Source of the DNA: a virus
Strand: one strand, 5' to 3'
DNA length: 64,000 bases
IMG/VR virus record: IMGVR_UViG_3300042868_003730
Coordinates: 1 to 64,000 of that record
Shown here one piece after another: positions 63,661 to 64,000 of the stretch. The stretch's first letter is position 1. Every line of letters starts with the position of its first letter. The notes under the pieces are model-generated. The model did not search any database, was not told where the DNA came from, and saw only the letters and a list, made by a program, of their open reading frames with translations. The translations under genes and the position numbers were made by a program.

Positions 63661-63993
63661 ATGGATAAGGTTTACAACGAAGAAGGTAAGGTCGCGGTTC
63701 TCTACTCGCCAGGGTATGGGGCTGGTTGGTCTACTTGGGCGCACGATGATTCAGTTCGTCTGAAGGCTCTATTTGATCCCGAAGTGGTTCAGTGGGTTCT
63801 GGATGGAAAGCCAGAAGGAAAGTTCACTGATGATGACTACTTTGACCAGAAGTATGGTGGATATATCTACACTGGAGGTATGTACGACTTGGTAATTGAA
63901 TGGGTAACTCCTGGTACAAAGTTTCGCATCCGTGAACAAGATGGTAATGAGTGGCTGGAATTTATTGATAACATTGAATGGATTTATGCTTAA
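63661..63993 (+). CDS. Conserved phage hypothetical protein (VAVLYSPGYGAGWSTW)
   Basis: ORF track; ATTACT-17nt-TATAAT at 63627-63655 upstream. Confidence 0.78.
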   Translation: MDKVYNEEGKVAVLYSPGYGAGWSTWAHDDSVRLKALFDPEVVQWVLDGKPEGKFTDDDYFDQKYGGYIYTGGMYDLVIEWVTPGTKFRIREQDGNEWLEFIDNIEWIYA

Positions 63994-64000
63994 TATGAAT

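Overview
A 64-kb segment of a large lytic T4-like (myovirus-type) bacteriophage genome. It carries T4-type replication and nucleotide genes (DNA ligase, DsbA, RNase H, primase, NrdAB, dCMP deaminase, ThyX), about 15 sigma70-type early promoters (TTTACT-17-TATAAT, many inside a repeated cassette with dyad symmetry) and T4 gp55-type late promoters ((T/C)TAAATA). There are 11 tRNA genes and a circularly permuted two-piece tmRNA. Most notable modules: (1) a six-gene DNA base hypermodification cluster (TET/JBP-like dioxygenase, class II glutamine amidotransferase, amidoligase, GNAT, aGPT-Pplase2 amino acid:DNA transferase, P-loop kinase), where three enzymes end in sliding-clamp-type motifs and putative nucleases flank the cluster; (2) an inverted, late-promoter cassette in the tRNA array encoding CsgF, CsgG, a curlin-repeat protein, a FecR protein and a CHASE2 adenylate cyclase; (3) a PlcP-like phosphoesterase plus GT4 glycosyltransferase pair directly upstream of the endolysin; (4) several enzymes with T4-like capsid-targeting N-termini (ligase-fold protein, HIGH nucleotidyltransferase, kinase, nuclease-like protein) and a 952-aa probable polyprotein. 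All family assignments come from motif recognition by eye; no database search or folding program was run.
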